Part shown: in pieces, positions 17,985 to 26,690 of the stretch
Numbering within the stretch: the first letter of the stretch is position 1
How the letters are laid out: each line of letters starts with the position of its first letter
From: Candidatus Latescibacterota bacterium
Lineage (GTDB): Bacteria > Latescibacterota > UBA2968 > UBA8231
DNA: 64,000 nucleotides
Direction of reading: 5' to 3'
Assembly (NCBI GenBank): GCA_965242865.1
Contig: CBDETK010000013.1
Coordinates: 736,001-800,000, forward strand
The notes under the pieces: model-generated
What the model was told of the DNA's origin: nothing
The model's database searches: none
What the model saw: only the letters and a program-made list of their open reading frames with translations
Made by a program: the position numbers and the translations under genes

Positions 17985-19214
17985 ATGCCGAGCGCTGTAC
18001 TGCTCATGGCGGTGGCTTTAATCGGGCTTGGCTGCGACGCCCCGCAACGCCACATCCCGGCCAAGCCGGCCGCGCTCCAGCCCCTGGCGTTTTACCAGCG
18101 CGCCTACGAGCAAAATCCCGCCGACCCGGAGGTGCTCTTGGCCTTGGGGTGGCTCTACCTGCAAAAGGACCGCACGCGCCGCGCGGTCGCCGTGTGGTCC
18201 GAGTGGGTCGCCCTCGCGCCCGACGATGCAGACGCCCACTACTACCGCGGGGTCGCGCTCGCCAAAGAGCACCGCAAGAGCGAAGCGATCGCCTCCTTTA
18301 CGCGCGCACTCGACCACGCGCCGGCTTTTGCCGAGGCGCACTGGGCCTTGGCCCTGTTATACAATGAAAGAGGCGATGGGTATCAGCAGGCGATTGCCGC
18401 GGCCGAAGCCGGCTTGCAACGGGCCGGGCGGAGCGGCTATGGGCACTTTGTGTTGGGCTTTGTGCTGTGTTCGCGCGGCGACAATGAAAACGCCGAGACC
18501 GCGCTGTTGCAGGCCATTGAACTCGACCCCGGGTTGGCCCACGCCCATTACTACTTGGCGCTCGTGTACTTGCGGGCGCAGGACGACGAGCGCGCCATGG
18601 CCGCGATGGAGCGGACCATTGCGGCCGACCGCGGGTACACCGCGGCCTATTACAGCTTGGGCACGCTCTATGCGCGCACGGGCCGCGTGGCCGAAGGGGA
18701 GCGCATGATCGAGGTTTTCCAGCAGTTGAGCAGCGCGACCATGGACGAAGATCACTACCGCCGCTTGCTCTACCGCCAAGCCGTGCCGCTCGCGGCCGAC
18801 CAGCGGGCGGCCACGCACTTTAACTTGGGACAGGTGTATTGGCGCGGAAACGAGCTCGCGGCCGCCCTAGAGCAGTTTGAAGCGGCCTTGGCCTTGGACT
18901 CCACGTACGCGGAAGCCAGCCACAACATCGGGGTGATCCATTCGCTGCAAGGGGACCACGCGGTGGCGCGGCCCTTTTTGCAGCGCGCGGTGCGCCACAA
19001 GCCCGACTACGCTCTGGCGTTTGAAAACCTCGGCAACAACAGCTTGGCCCTCGGCCAGTACGAAGCCGCGGCCGCCGCGTTTGACCGCGCCTTGGCCCTC
19101 GACGCGAACCGGCCCTCGGCCCTCGACGGCTTGGGGACAGCCCTGATCCAGCAGGGCCGCGTGGCCGAAGGCCGGGCCGCCCGCGCCGAAGCAGCCGCCT
19201 TGAGAGCGCAGTAG
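17985..19214 (+). CDS. Tetratricopeptide repeat protein, probable lipoprotein
   Basis: LIGLG-C lipobox-like; many TPR units (AHYYRGVAL, AHYYLALVY, AYYSLGTLY, HFNLGQVY, AFENLGN). Confidence 0.85.
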   Translation: MPSAVLLMAVALIGLGCDAPQRHIPAKPAALQPLAFYQRAYEQNPADPEVLLALGWLYLQKDRTRRAVAVWSEWVALAPDDADAHYYRGVALAKEHRKSEAIASFTRALDHAPAFAEAHWALALLYNERGDGYQQAIAAAEAGLQRAGRSGYGHFVLGFVLCSRGDNENAETALLQAIELDPGLAHAHYYLALVYLRAQDDERAMAAMERTIAADRGYTAAYYSLGTLYARTGRVAEGERMIEVFQQLSSATMDEDHYRRLLYRQAVPLAADQRAATHFNLGQVYWRGNELAAALEQFEAALALDSTYAEASHNIGVIHSLQGDHAVARPFLQRAVRHKPDYALAFENLGNNSLALGQYEAAAAAFDRALALDANRPSALDGLGTALIQQGRVAEGRAARAEAAALRAQ

Positions 19215-19286
19215 CAAATGCGGTTGGCGTACTACGCGACACCCACTCCAGCTTTCCATAGACGCAACGGGAACACCAGAAAAGGT

Positions 19287-20990
19287 ATGTGCAAAGTACG
19301 GGTCGCGTACTGGTTGGTACTCGCGGTTATTTCGACATCAGGGTGCTCCAGCGAGGAGGCGCGGCCCCGGTTCGTGGATGTAGCAGCCCAAGCGGGCGTT
19401 GACGTGCGCACTGTATCGGGAACCCCGCAAAAGGAGCACATCGTCGAATGCAACACCGGCGGGACCGCCCTGTTCGACTACGATCTCGACGGCGACGTGG
19501 ATATTTTCATCGTCAATGGCGCGCGTCTCGCTGGATACGCCCCGGGCCGCGAACCCCGCGCCGAGCTGTACCGCAACGACGGGGCGTGGCGTTTTACCGG
19601 CGTTGGCCGCGAGGCGGGCGTGGCGCACGTGGGCTGGGGCATGGGGGTTGCGGCGGCCGACTACAACGGCGACGGCTGGCCGGACCTGTACTTGGCCAAC
19701 TTTGGCCCCAACGCCCTGTACGAAAATCAGGGCGACGGCACGTTTGTCGATGTAGCGGCCGAGCGGGGCGTCCACTTTGGCGGCTGGAGCTCGGCGGCGG
19801 CCTTTGGCGACTACGATCTCGACGGCGACTTGGACTTTTACTTGGCCAATTACATCGACTTTGACCCGGCCTTCCGCCCGGCCGATCCGAGTTTTTGCAC
19901 GTGGCGCGGGCTGGATGTATTCTGCGGCCCCCGCGGGATGCCGGGCGAGCGAGACCGCTTCTATCGCAACGATGGCCCCAGCGCGGGTTGGGCCTTTGCC
20001 GAGGCGAGCGCGGCCATTGCCGACTACGAGTACTATGGCTTTGCCGCGCTGGCCGGCGACTGGGACGAGGACGGCGATTTGGATATTTACGTAGCCAATG
20101 ATTCGACGCCGAATGTGCTTTACCGCAACGACCAAGGCGCGTTTGCCGACATCGCGCTGTTGTCGGCCACCGCGTACAGCGAGGACGGTCGCGAACAGGG
20201 CGGCATGGGCTTGGCGGCTGGCGACTACGATCGCGATGGCGATTTCGACCTCTTCGTCACCAATTTCTCGCACGACAACAATTCGCTCTACCACAACAAT
20301 GGCCGGGGGTTTTTCACGGACGCTAGTTTTAGTTCGACCTTGGGTCGGGCGAGCATCAGCTCCTTGGGGTGGGGCACGGGTTTTTTCGATTGGGACAACG
20401 ATGGCGACGACGATCTGTTCGTCGCCAACGGCCACGTGTACCCGGCCGTTGACCGCCGCGACTTGGGGACCCGCTACGCCCAGCGCAACCACCTGTTTGA
20501 GAATCGCGGCGGCGCGTTCGTCGAGGTGGGCGCAGTCGCTGGCCCGGGCCTAGCGGTGGAAAAGTCGAGCCGCGGCTCGGCCACGGGCGATCTGGACAAC
20601 GATGGCGACTTAGACTTGGTGATAGTCAACATCGACGATACCCCGACCTTGTTGCGCAACGACGGAGGCAATCGCCACAACTACCTGATGGTGCGGCTAA
20701 TTGGTACAGGCGGCAATTTAGACGCCATTGGGGCGCGGGTGGCGGTGGCGGTGGGCGGCGCTGTGTCGATGCGGGAATTGCGCGCCGGCACGGGGTACTT
20801 GTCGCAGGACGACCTGCGGTTGCACTTTGGCTTGGGGCTGGCGACCGAGGCCGACTCGGTCGTGGTGCGCTGGCCCGATGGGGTGGAAGAGTGCCTCGAC
20901 CGAGTGGCCGGCAATCGGCTGGTCACCATCCGGCGCGGCGCGGGTCTCATCGCCGAGGGATTTGGGCCGGTGCCGAGGCCGGGGTTGTGA
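19287..20990 (+). CDS. CRTAC1-family protein (FG-GAP/VCBS repeats + ASPIC/UnbV domain)
   Basis: Repeated DYDxDGDxD motifs; C-terminal DAIGARV...GYLSQDDLRLHFGLG...VRWPDG. Confidence 0.9.
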   Translation: MCKVRVAYWLVLAVISTSGCSSEEARPRFVDVAAQAGVDVRTVSGTPQKEHIVECNTGGTALFDYDLDGDVDIFIVNGARLAGYAPGREPRAELYRNDGAWRFTGVGREAGVAHVGWGMGVAAADYNGDGWPDLYLANFGPNALYENQGDGTFVDVAAERGVHFGGWSSAAAFGDYDLDGDLDFYLANYIDFDPAFRPADPSFCTWRGLDVFCGPRGMPGERDRFYRNDGPSAGWAFAEASAAIADYEYYGFAALAGDWDEDGDLDIYVANDSTPNVLYRNDQGAFADIALLSATAYSEDGREQGGMGLAAGDYDRDGDFDLFVTNFSHDNNSLYHNNGRGFFTDASFSSTLGRASISSLGWGTGFFDWDNDGDDDLFVANGHVYPAVDRRDLGTRYAQRNHLFENRGGAFVEVGAVAGPGLAVEKSSRGSATGDLDNDGDLDLVIVNIDDTPTLLRNDGGNRHNYLMVRLIGTGGNLDAIGARVAVAVGGAVSMRELRAGTGYLSQDDLRLHFGLGLATEADSVVVRWPDGVEECLDRVAGNRLVTIRRGAGLIAEGFGPVPRPGL

Positions 20991-22600
20991 AGGCGCGGTA
21001 CGGCATGGTGCTGCTTTTTTGGTGCAGTGCGGCGGCCGAATCGCGCTTTGTCGATGTCGCGCAATCGGCCGGGATCGATTTCGTCCACCGCAGCGGCGCG
21101 AGCGGGGCGCGCTACTTGCCCGAAACGTACGGCTCGGGGGTCGCGTTTTTGGACTTTGACGGCGATGGCGCGCTCGATCTCTACTGGGTCAACGCCGGCC
21201 GCCTGCCCGGGCTCTCGACCGCGCCCGCAGCCGCCAACGCGCTCTTTCGCAACGCGGGCGCGGGCCGGTTCTCAGCGCAGGATGCTGGCGTCGGCGACCG
21301 CGGCTACGGCATGGGCGCGGCCGTTGGCGACTTTGACAACGACGGCTGGGCCGACCTTTACGTCACCAATTTTGGCCCCAACGCGCTCTTCCACAATCGC
21401 GCGGGCCGCTTTGCCAATGTCACGGCCCCGGCCGGCGTGGGCTGCCCGCGTTGGGGGACGAGCGCGGCCTTTGCCGATGTAGATCTCGACGGGGATTTGG
21501 ACCTATTCGTGGGCAACTATCTCGACTATCCGACCGACGATCCGCTCGTGTGCCGCATTGGAAACAGCGCGGAGCGGCTCTATTGCGACCCGCGCAAGTT
21601 CGATGGCGCGGTCGACCGCCTCTACATCAACGAGGGAGTGGGCTTTGCTGACCGCACGGCGGCCTTTGGGCTGGTCAGCACGGCCGGCAAGGAGCTGGGG
21701 GTCGTTTTTGGCGACTACGACCAAGACGGCGATCCCGACCTGTACTTGGCCAACGACCTCGTGCCCAACATGCTCTACCGCAACGACGGTGCGCGCTTTG
21801 TCGACCGCGGGCTGGCCAGCGGTACGAGCCTCAATGGCGAAGGGGGCGTCGAGGCCGGGATGGGGGTGGACATGGCCGATGCCGACGGCGACGGCGACTT
21901 GGATTTGTTCGTGACCAACTTCCAGTGGGAGAGCAACACCTTGTACAGCAACTTGGGCGGCACGTTCTTTGCCGACGCCACCGTATCGGCCGGAATCACC
22001 CGCGCCAGCATGGCCTTTTTGGGGTTTGGCACGGGGTTTTTCGACTGGGGCCACGACGGCGATCTCGACCTGTTCGTGGCCAATGGGCACGTGTACGACA
22101 ACGTGAAACAGGTCGATCGGGCGGCCGAGTACGCCCAGCGCAATCAACTTTTGGAAAACGTCGGCGCGGGTGCATTTGTCGATCGCAGCGATCTCGGCCC
22201 GGGTCTCGCGCTGGTTCAGGTCAGTCGCGGGAGTGCCTTCGGCGACATCGACGGCGACGGCGACCTAGATATTGCGGTGAACAACTCCAACGACCGGCCG
22301 GCCCTGTTGCGCAACGACGCGGTCGGCGGGAATTGGTTGGGGCTTAGGCTACAAGGCGCGGCGAGCAATCGCGACGCCATTGGGGCGCGGATCGAGCTGA
22401 CCACCGGCGGCCGCACTCTGGTGCGCGAGGTGCGCCGCAACGCGAGCTACCTGTCGTCGCACGACCCTCGCGTGATCTTTGGCCTCGGAACCGCCGAGGT
22501 CGCCGAGCGCGTTAAAATTCGCTGGCCGTCCGGCGTCGTCCAAGTCGTCAAGGGGCTGCCGGGGCGACGATACGTGGCTATTGAGGAGGATACTCGGTGA
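20987..22600 (+). CDS. CRTAC1-family protein (FG-GAP + ASPIC/UnbV)
   Basis: GTGA overlap with upstream stop; DFDGDGALD repeats; NRDAIGARI...SYLSSHDPRVIFGLG...IRWPSG. Confidence 0.9.
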   Translation: MKARYGMVLLFWCSAAAESRFVDVAQSAGIDFVHRSGASGARYLPETYGSGVAFLDFDGDGALDLYWVNAGRLPGLSTAPAAANALFRNAGAGRFSAQDAGVGDRGYGMGAAVGDFDNDGWADLYVTNFGPNALFHNRAGRFANVTAPAGVGCPRWGTSAAFADVDLDGDLDLFVGNYLDYPTDDPLVCRIGNSAERLYCDPRKFDGAVDRLYINEGVGFADRTAAFGLVSTAGKELGVVFGDYDQDGDPDLYLANDLVPNMLYRNDGARFVDRGLASGTSLNGEGGVEAGMGVDMADADGDGDLDLFVTNFQWESNTLYSNLGGTFFADATVSAGITRASMAFLGFGTGFFDWGHDGDLDLFVANGHVYDNVKQVDRAAEYAQRNQLLENVGAGAFVDRSDLGPGLALVQVSRGSAFGDIDGDGDLDIAVNNSNDRPALLRNDAVGGNWLGLRLQGAASNRDAIGARIELTTGGRTLVREVRRNASYLSSHDPRVIFGLGTAEVAERVKIRWPSGVVQVVKGLPGRRYVAIEEDTR

Positions 22601-24090
22601 CTAAATGGGCTAAGTACGCGACCCTCGCTTTGGGTATGCCTTTTCTGGCGTGGCCGATGCGCCGGGCGCGAGTGAGGGGTCATTCCCGCGAACGCGGGAA
22701 TCCAGTCCTCGGAAGGTGGGTTTCTCTCGCCTTGGGCGTCGCGTTGACCGCTGGCTGCCAGCCCGAGCCCGCGGCCCCGCCCGCGCCGCCGGTAGTGCAG
22801 CCGCGGCCGGTTGAGGACCCGCTGCTGCTCGGGCGCGCCCTGTTGCGGCAGAAGCGCTACGCGGACGCGCTGGCCGCGTACGAGCAAGCGCGGCTGCGCC
22901 ATCCCCAGTCCGGCGAGGTGCTGGCGACGCTGGGCCGAATTCACTTGGCCTTGGGCCAGCCCGACGAAGCGACCCAGTTCTACGAAATGGCCGTGGCCCT
23001 CGAAGCCGACCAACCCGAATGGCTGGTGGCTTTGGGCAATGTGCATCTCAAGCTCAACCGCTACGACCCAGCCCACGCGGCCTTTGCCGCGGCCTTGGCC
23101 TTGGACTCGACCTACGCGCCAGCGCGGCGCAACAAGGCGGCCGTGTACAGCAAGCAAGGGCGCTGGGGCGACGCAGCGCACGAATACGAGCGCGCCTTGG
23201 CCTTGCGGCCCGAACACCTCCACACCCGCTTCAACCTCGGGCTGGTGTACGCCCGCTTGGGCCGCTATGCCGACGCCAGCGAGGCCCTGCAACAGGTCTT
23301 GGTGGCCGCGCCGCAAAACGCCCGCGCCCTCTACGCGATGGGGGAAATTTGGCTGCAAGAAGGCGACGACCCCAAAGCGACCCAGTACTTTGAGCGCACG
23401 CTGGCCGCGGACACCACGTACGCGGAGGCGCACCTGCAACTGGGGCGGATTCGGATGCGCCAAAACGACCTCGGGGCCGCGGCCGATCGCTTCCGCCGGG
23501 CCATCCTCCTCGAGCCGGGGCTGGCCGAGTCCTTCCGCCTGCTGGGCCAAATTCACCTGCGGCAGGGCCGCGCCACGGCCGGCGAAAAATCCCTCGCGGC
23601 CTACGAAAAGGTCAAGCAGGTCGAGGAGGAGATCCAGCACTACCGAGAGCGGCTGCGCAGCGATCCAGACGACGCCGAAGCGCATTACAGCTTGGGGTTT
23701 ACGTACAATCGCTTGGGGTTTACCGGCGTGGCCCTGCCGCACTACGCGCAGGCCGTGCGGATCAATCCCGCGCACGTGCGGGCGCTGAACAACATGGGCA
23801 ACATCTTGTTGCGCACCGGCCATTTTGAGCAAGCGGCCGCAGCCTATCAGCAGATCATCGAGCAAGACCCCGAGCACGTGGCCGCTTTTGCCGCGCTCGG
23901 GCAGGTCTATTTGAATCAGCAGCGCGAGGACGAGGCCATCGCCATGCTCAACCGCGCCCTCGCGCTCGACGAAAGCTATCTCAGCGCTCACCAAGCCTTG
24001 GCCGAAGCCTACAAGCGGCTGGGGCAAGTCGCCAAAAGCCAAGAACACAACCGCATGGCCGAAGCCTTGCTTAGAAAGCCAAGAGAATGA
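22597..24090 (+). CDS. TPR protein, probable lipoprotein; N-terminal extension contains a palindromic repeat
   Basis: LTAG-C lipobox-like at about residue 54; >10 TPR units; start uncertain. Confidence 0.85.
   Translation: MTKWAKYATLALGMPFLAWPMRRARVRGHSRERGNPVLGRWVSLALGVALTAGCQPEPAAPPAPPVVQPRPVEDPLLLGRALLRQKRYADALAAYEQARLRHPQSGEVLATLGRIHLALGQPDEATQFYEMAVALEADQPEWLVALGNVHLKLNRYDPAHAAFAAALALDSTYAPARRNKAAVYSKQGRWGDAAHEYERALALRPEHLHTRFNLGLVYARLGRYADASEALQQVLVAAPQNARALYAMGEIWLQEGDDPKATQYFERTLAADTTYAEAHLQLGRIRMRQNDLGAAADRFRRAILLEPGLAESFRLLGQIHLRQGRATAGEKSLAAYEKVKQVEEEIQHYRERLRSDPDDAEAHYSLGFTYNRLGFTGVALPHYAQAVRINPAHVRALNNMGNILLRTGHFEQAAAAYQQIIEQDPEHVAAFAALGQVYLNQQREDEAIAMLNRALALDESYLSAHQALAEAYKRLGQVAKSQEHNRMAEALLRKPRE
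22679..22707 (+). repeat. REP-like palindrome GTCATTCCCGC-N4-GCGGGAATCCAGTC (ATTCCC-N8-GGGAAT core)
   Basis: Seen directly; second copy inverted at 26603-26631. Confidence 0.85.
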
Positions 24091-25820
24091 CCCATATTGC
24101 GAGAAAATGGGCGGGGCTCGCCGCCTTCGTCCTGTTCTGTTGCGCCGAAGAGCCGGTCGCTCCGGGCGCGGGCGGCTTAGTGGTGACCGGGACCGCTTTG
24201 GCCCAAGTCGGCGACCGCCCGATTGACGAGCGCGAATTTCGCCGCTACGAGGCCCGAATTCAATCGCAGCACCGCTCGTTGGCCGAGGGCGTGCAAAAGC
24301 ACCGCGAGCACCTGTTGACCTTGATCGACATCAAGCTCATGGCGCGCGAGGCGCGGGCGCGGGGGCTGGACCAAAGCCCCGACTGGGCGAAGGCCGTGTC
24401 GCTCGCTCGGCACAAGGCCATGGTCGAAGCCTATATCCGCGAGCAGGTCGGCTTGCAAATCGAGATTTCCGAAGACGAGCTGCGGGCCAATTTTGCCGCG
24501 CACCCGGCTCGCCACGCGGTGCGCGGTGCGCACATCCTGCTCGACAGCCGCGCCCGGGCGGATTCCATCTACGCGGAGATACAGGCCGGCCGGGCCACTT
24601 TTGAGGATATGGCGCGGGCGCATTCGCTGGACGAGGTCACTGCGGCCGAGGGGGGTTGGTTTGCTTCGTACTATGCCTTTGACCGGGTTTCAGACCGGGT
24701 GTACGAGCGCGTGTTCTCGCTGGACGTCGGCGAGGTCAGCCCGCCTTTCCGCACGCCCCAAGGCTGGGAACTCGCCAAGGTCGTCGATAAGAAGGAGGTG
24801 TCGTTTGAACGGTACCGCTCGGTCATTCAGCGGGCGACCTTCCTCGAAAAAATCGAAAACTTGCGCAGCGAGCACATCGATAAATTGGTGGCCGAGAGCA
24901 GGTTGCGCCCGGTGCCTGAGCAGGTGCGGCGCTTTGTCGCGGCTTGGAACGAGCAGCCGGGGTCGCCCCAGTTTGCGCCCGAGGAGTGGGACGCTCCCCT
25001 GTACGAGTACGACGGCGGCGTCATCAGCGTGCAGCAGGGCAGCTATTTGCTGCACAACACGCGGCTGGGCAACACGCGCATCGACAGTGCCTTGCTCGAC
25101 GACCGCATCCGCCGCCGGGGCGCGCCAGACCTGCTCTTGGGCTTGGCGGCCGAGCGCGGGGGATACGCCGAGCGACCCGAGGTGCAGGAGAAGGTAGCAG
25201 CCGAAAGGGAGCGGCTGCTGGTGCAAGCGTTGTGGCAAGAGCGGCTCGAAGGGGCGGCCCTGCCGGTGAGCGAAGCGGAAGCCCGCGCCCACTACGACGC
25301 GCACCCCGAGATGTACTATGCACCCGAAGAAATCGTCGTCCAAGAAATCATGGTGGCCGACGAGGTGCTCGCCCAAACGCTGCTGGAGCAAATTCGCAAC
25401 GGGGCTGACATGGCCGCGCTGGCCACCAAGCACAGCATCCGCCGCGACGCGGACGAAAACGGCGGCCTGTACGCGCTGCGTAGCTTTGAAAAGATCGTGT
25501 ACAAGGAGTTGATGGATGCAGCCGTAGCCGCGCCGGCAAGGGAATTGCAGGGGCCGATTGAGTTGGTCGAGCCCCTGCCTTCTTCTTTGCGCGACCCGCG
25601 CCCGCTAGAACGGGCCTTTTCGGTCTTCAGGGTGTTGCAGCACCGGCCCAAGCGGGTGCAAGAATACGACTTGAGCCAACAGAAGGCCCACTACTTGGCG
25701 CGCCAAGAAAAGCAGCAGCGCACCCTGCGAACCCTCAGCCTCGAACTGCGCGACAGGTGGCACCGCGAATGGGGCATCAACCCGGACGCGCTGGCTGAGT
25801 ACGCGCTGGCCGAGCGCTGA
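24087..25820 (+). CDS. Parvulin (PpiC-type) peptidyl-prolyl isomerase, SurA/PrsA-like foldase
   Basis: AHILL...FEDMARAHSLD...GG...GEVSPPFRTPQGW domain plus a second (QEIMV...GADMAALATKHS..ENGG); signal peptide. Confidence 0.85.
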   Translation: MTHIARKWAGLAAFVLFCCAEEPVAPGAGGLVVTGTALAQVGDRPIDEREFRRYEARIQSQHRSLAEGVQKHREHLLTLIDIKLMAREARARGLDQSPDWAKAVSLARHKAMVEAYIREQVGLQIEISEDELRANFAAHPARHAVRGAHILLDSRARADSIYAEIQAGRATFEDMARAHSLDEVTAAEGGWFASYYAFDRVSDRVYERVFSLDVGEVSPPFRTPQGWELAKVVDKKEVSFERYRSVIQRATFLEKIENLRSEHIDKLVAESRLRPVPEQVRRFVAAWNEQPGSPQFAPEEWDAPLYEYDGGVISVQQGSYLLHNTRLGNTRIDSALLDDRIRRRGAPDLLLGLAAERGGYAERPEVQEKVAAERERLLVQALWQERLEGAALPVSEAEARAHYDAHPEMYYAPEEIVVQEIMVADEVLAQTLLEQIRNGADMAALATKHSIRRDADENGGLYALRSFEKIVYKELMDAAVAAPARELQGPIELVEPLPSSLRDPRPLERAFSVFRVLQHRPKRVQEYDLSQQKAHYLARQEKQQRTLRTLSLELRDRWHREWGINPDALAEYALAER

Positions 25821-25867
25821 TGTAGAGAAAACAGGGCCGCTTTATTACATTGCTAACCAACGTGCTA

Positions 25868-25923
25868 GCAGTGTAGGGCGATGCCCCCGTGCGCAGTGTA
25901 GGGCGATGCCCCCGTGCTCGCCC
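25868..25923 (+). repeat. GTAG-type REP-like element with an exact 25-bp tandem duplication
   Basis: gcagtgtagggcgatgcccccgtgc x2 (25868-25892, 25893-25917); second copy completes the hairpin GGGCGA...TCGCCC. Confidence 0.75.
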
Positions 25924-25950
25924 GAAGACACATTCGTTGGAGGAACAGAA

Positions 25951-26175
25951 ATGGCAAAACAAATAACCGTGTTGGTCGATTCCGAGATGGCCGACGTCTA
26001 TCATTCGGCTTCGGACGAGGAACGCCGCAAACTGGATTTGCTCATCAATTTCCGCTTGCGCGAGGCGACAAAGTCTAGGAAATCGCTGCTCGAAGTTATG
26101 TCGAGGATCAGCCGCAACGCGCAACGGCGAGGCCTGACGCCGGAAATTTTGCAGTCGATCTTGGCGGAGGAATGA
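25951..26175 (+). CDS. Putative antitoxin (74 aa)
   Basis: GGAGG RBS; ends AQRRGLTPEILQSIL; ATGA overlap with PIN gene. Confidence 0.7.
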   Translation: MAKQITVLVDSEMADVYHSASDEERRKLDLLINFRLREATKSRKSLLEVMSRISRNAQRRGLTPEILQSILAEE

Positions 26176-26579
26176 GCCGCGTCGTCTTGGATACCAACAT
26201 CATTGTCAGCGCGGCACTCGCCAACGATTCCGTGCCGGGCCAAGTGTTCATTCATGCGTTGGAGCACGGTACAATTCTGGTTTCTCGGTCATTGATAAAG
26301 GAACTAGACGGTGTGCTCAGGCGGGCCAAGTTCGATAGGTACGTCTCTCTTGAAGATCGCGGCGAATTCCGTGACGCTCTGATACACGCATCGGACCTGA
26401 TAGAAATTACCGAATCAATCCATGTATGCCGCGATCCTAAAGACAACCAAATTCTGGAATTAGCCATCTGTGGGAGTGCTGAATTCATCGTTACGGGCGA
26501 TGACGACCTGCTTGCCCTGAACCCATTTCGCGGTGTGCAGATTCTAAAACCCGCCGAGTTCCTGAAATTGTCGACTTAA
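26172..26579 (+). CDS. PIN-domain toxin (putative TA toxin, PIN_3 / TIGR00305-like)
   Basis: RVVLDTNIIVSA, CRDPKDN..LELA, IVTGDDDLL motifs. Confidence 0.9.
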   Translation: MSRVVLDTNIIVSAALANDSVPGQVFIHALEHGTILVSRSLIKELDGVLRRAKFDRYVSLEDRGEFRDALIHASDLIEITESIHVCRDPKDNQILELAICGSAEFIVTGDDDLLALNPFRGVQILKPAEFLKLST

Positions 26580-26602
26580 ATTTTCTTTTTTACATCCTTC
26601 AA

Positions 26603-26631
26603 GACTGGATTCCCGCTGTTGCGGGAATGAC
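26603..26631 (-). repeat. Second REP-like palindrome, inverted relative to 22679-22707
   Basis: Reverse complement GTCATTCCCGC-AACA-GCGGGAATCCAGTC; just downstream of the PIN gene. Confidence 0.85.
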
Positions 26632-26641
26632 GACTCATAGC

Positions 26642-26670
26642 TTGCAAGTCATTTAGGATTGCTGTATAAC
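26642..26670 (+). promoter_or_regulatory. Putative sigma70 promoter for the 26691 operon
   Basis: TTGCAA-17 bp-TATAAC, 20 bp upstream of ATG with GAAGG RBS. Confidence 0.6.
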
Positions 26671-26690
26671 GTGCTAGCGGGAGAAGGTTT

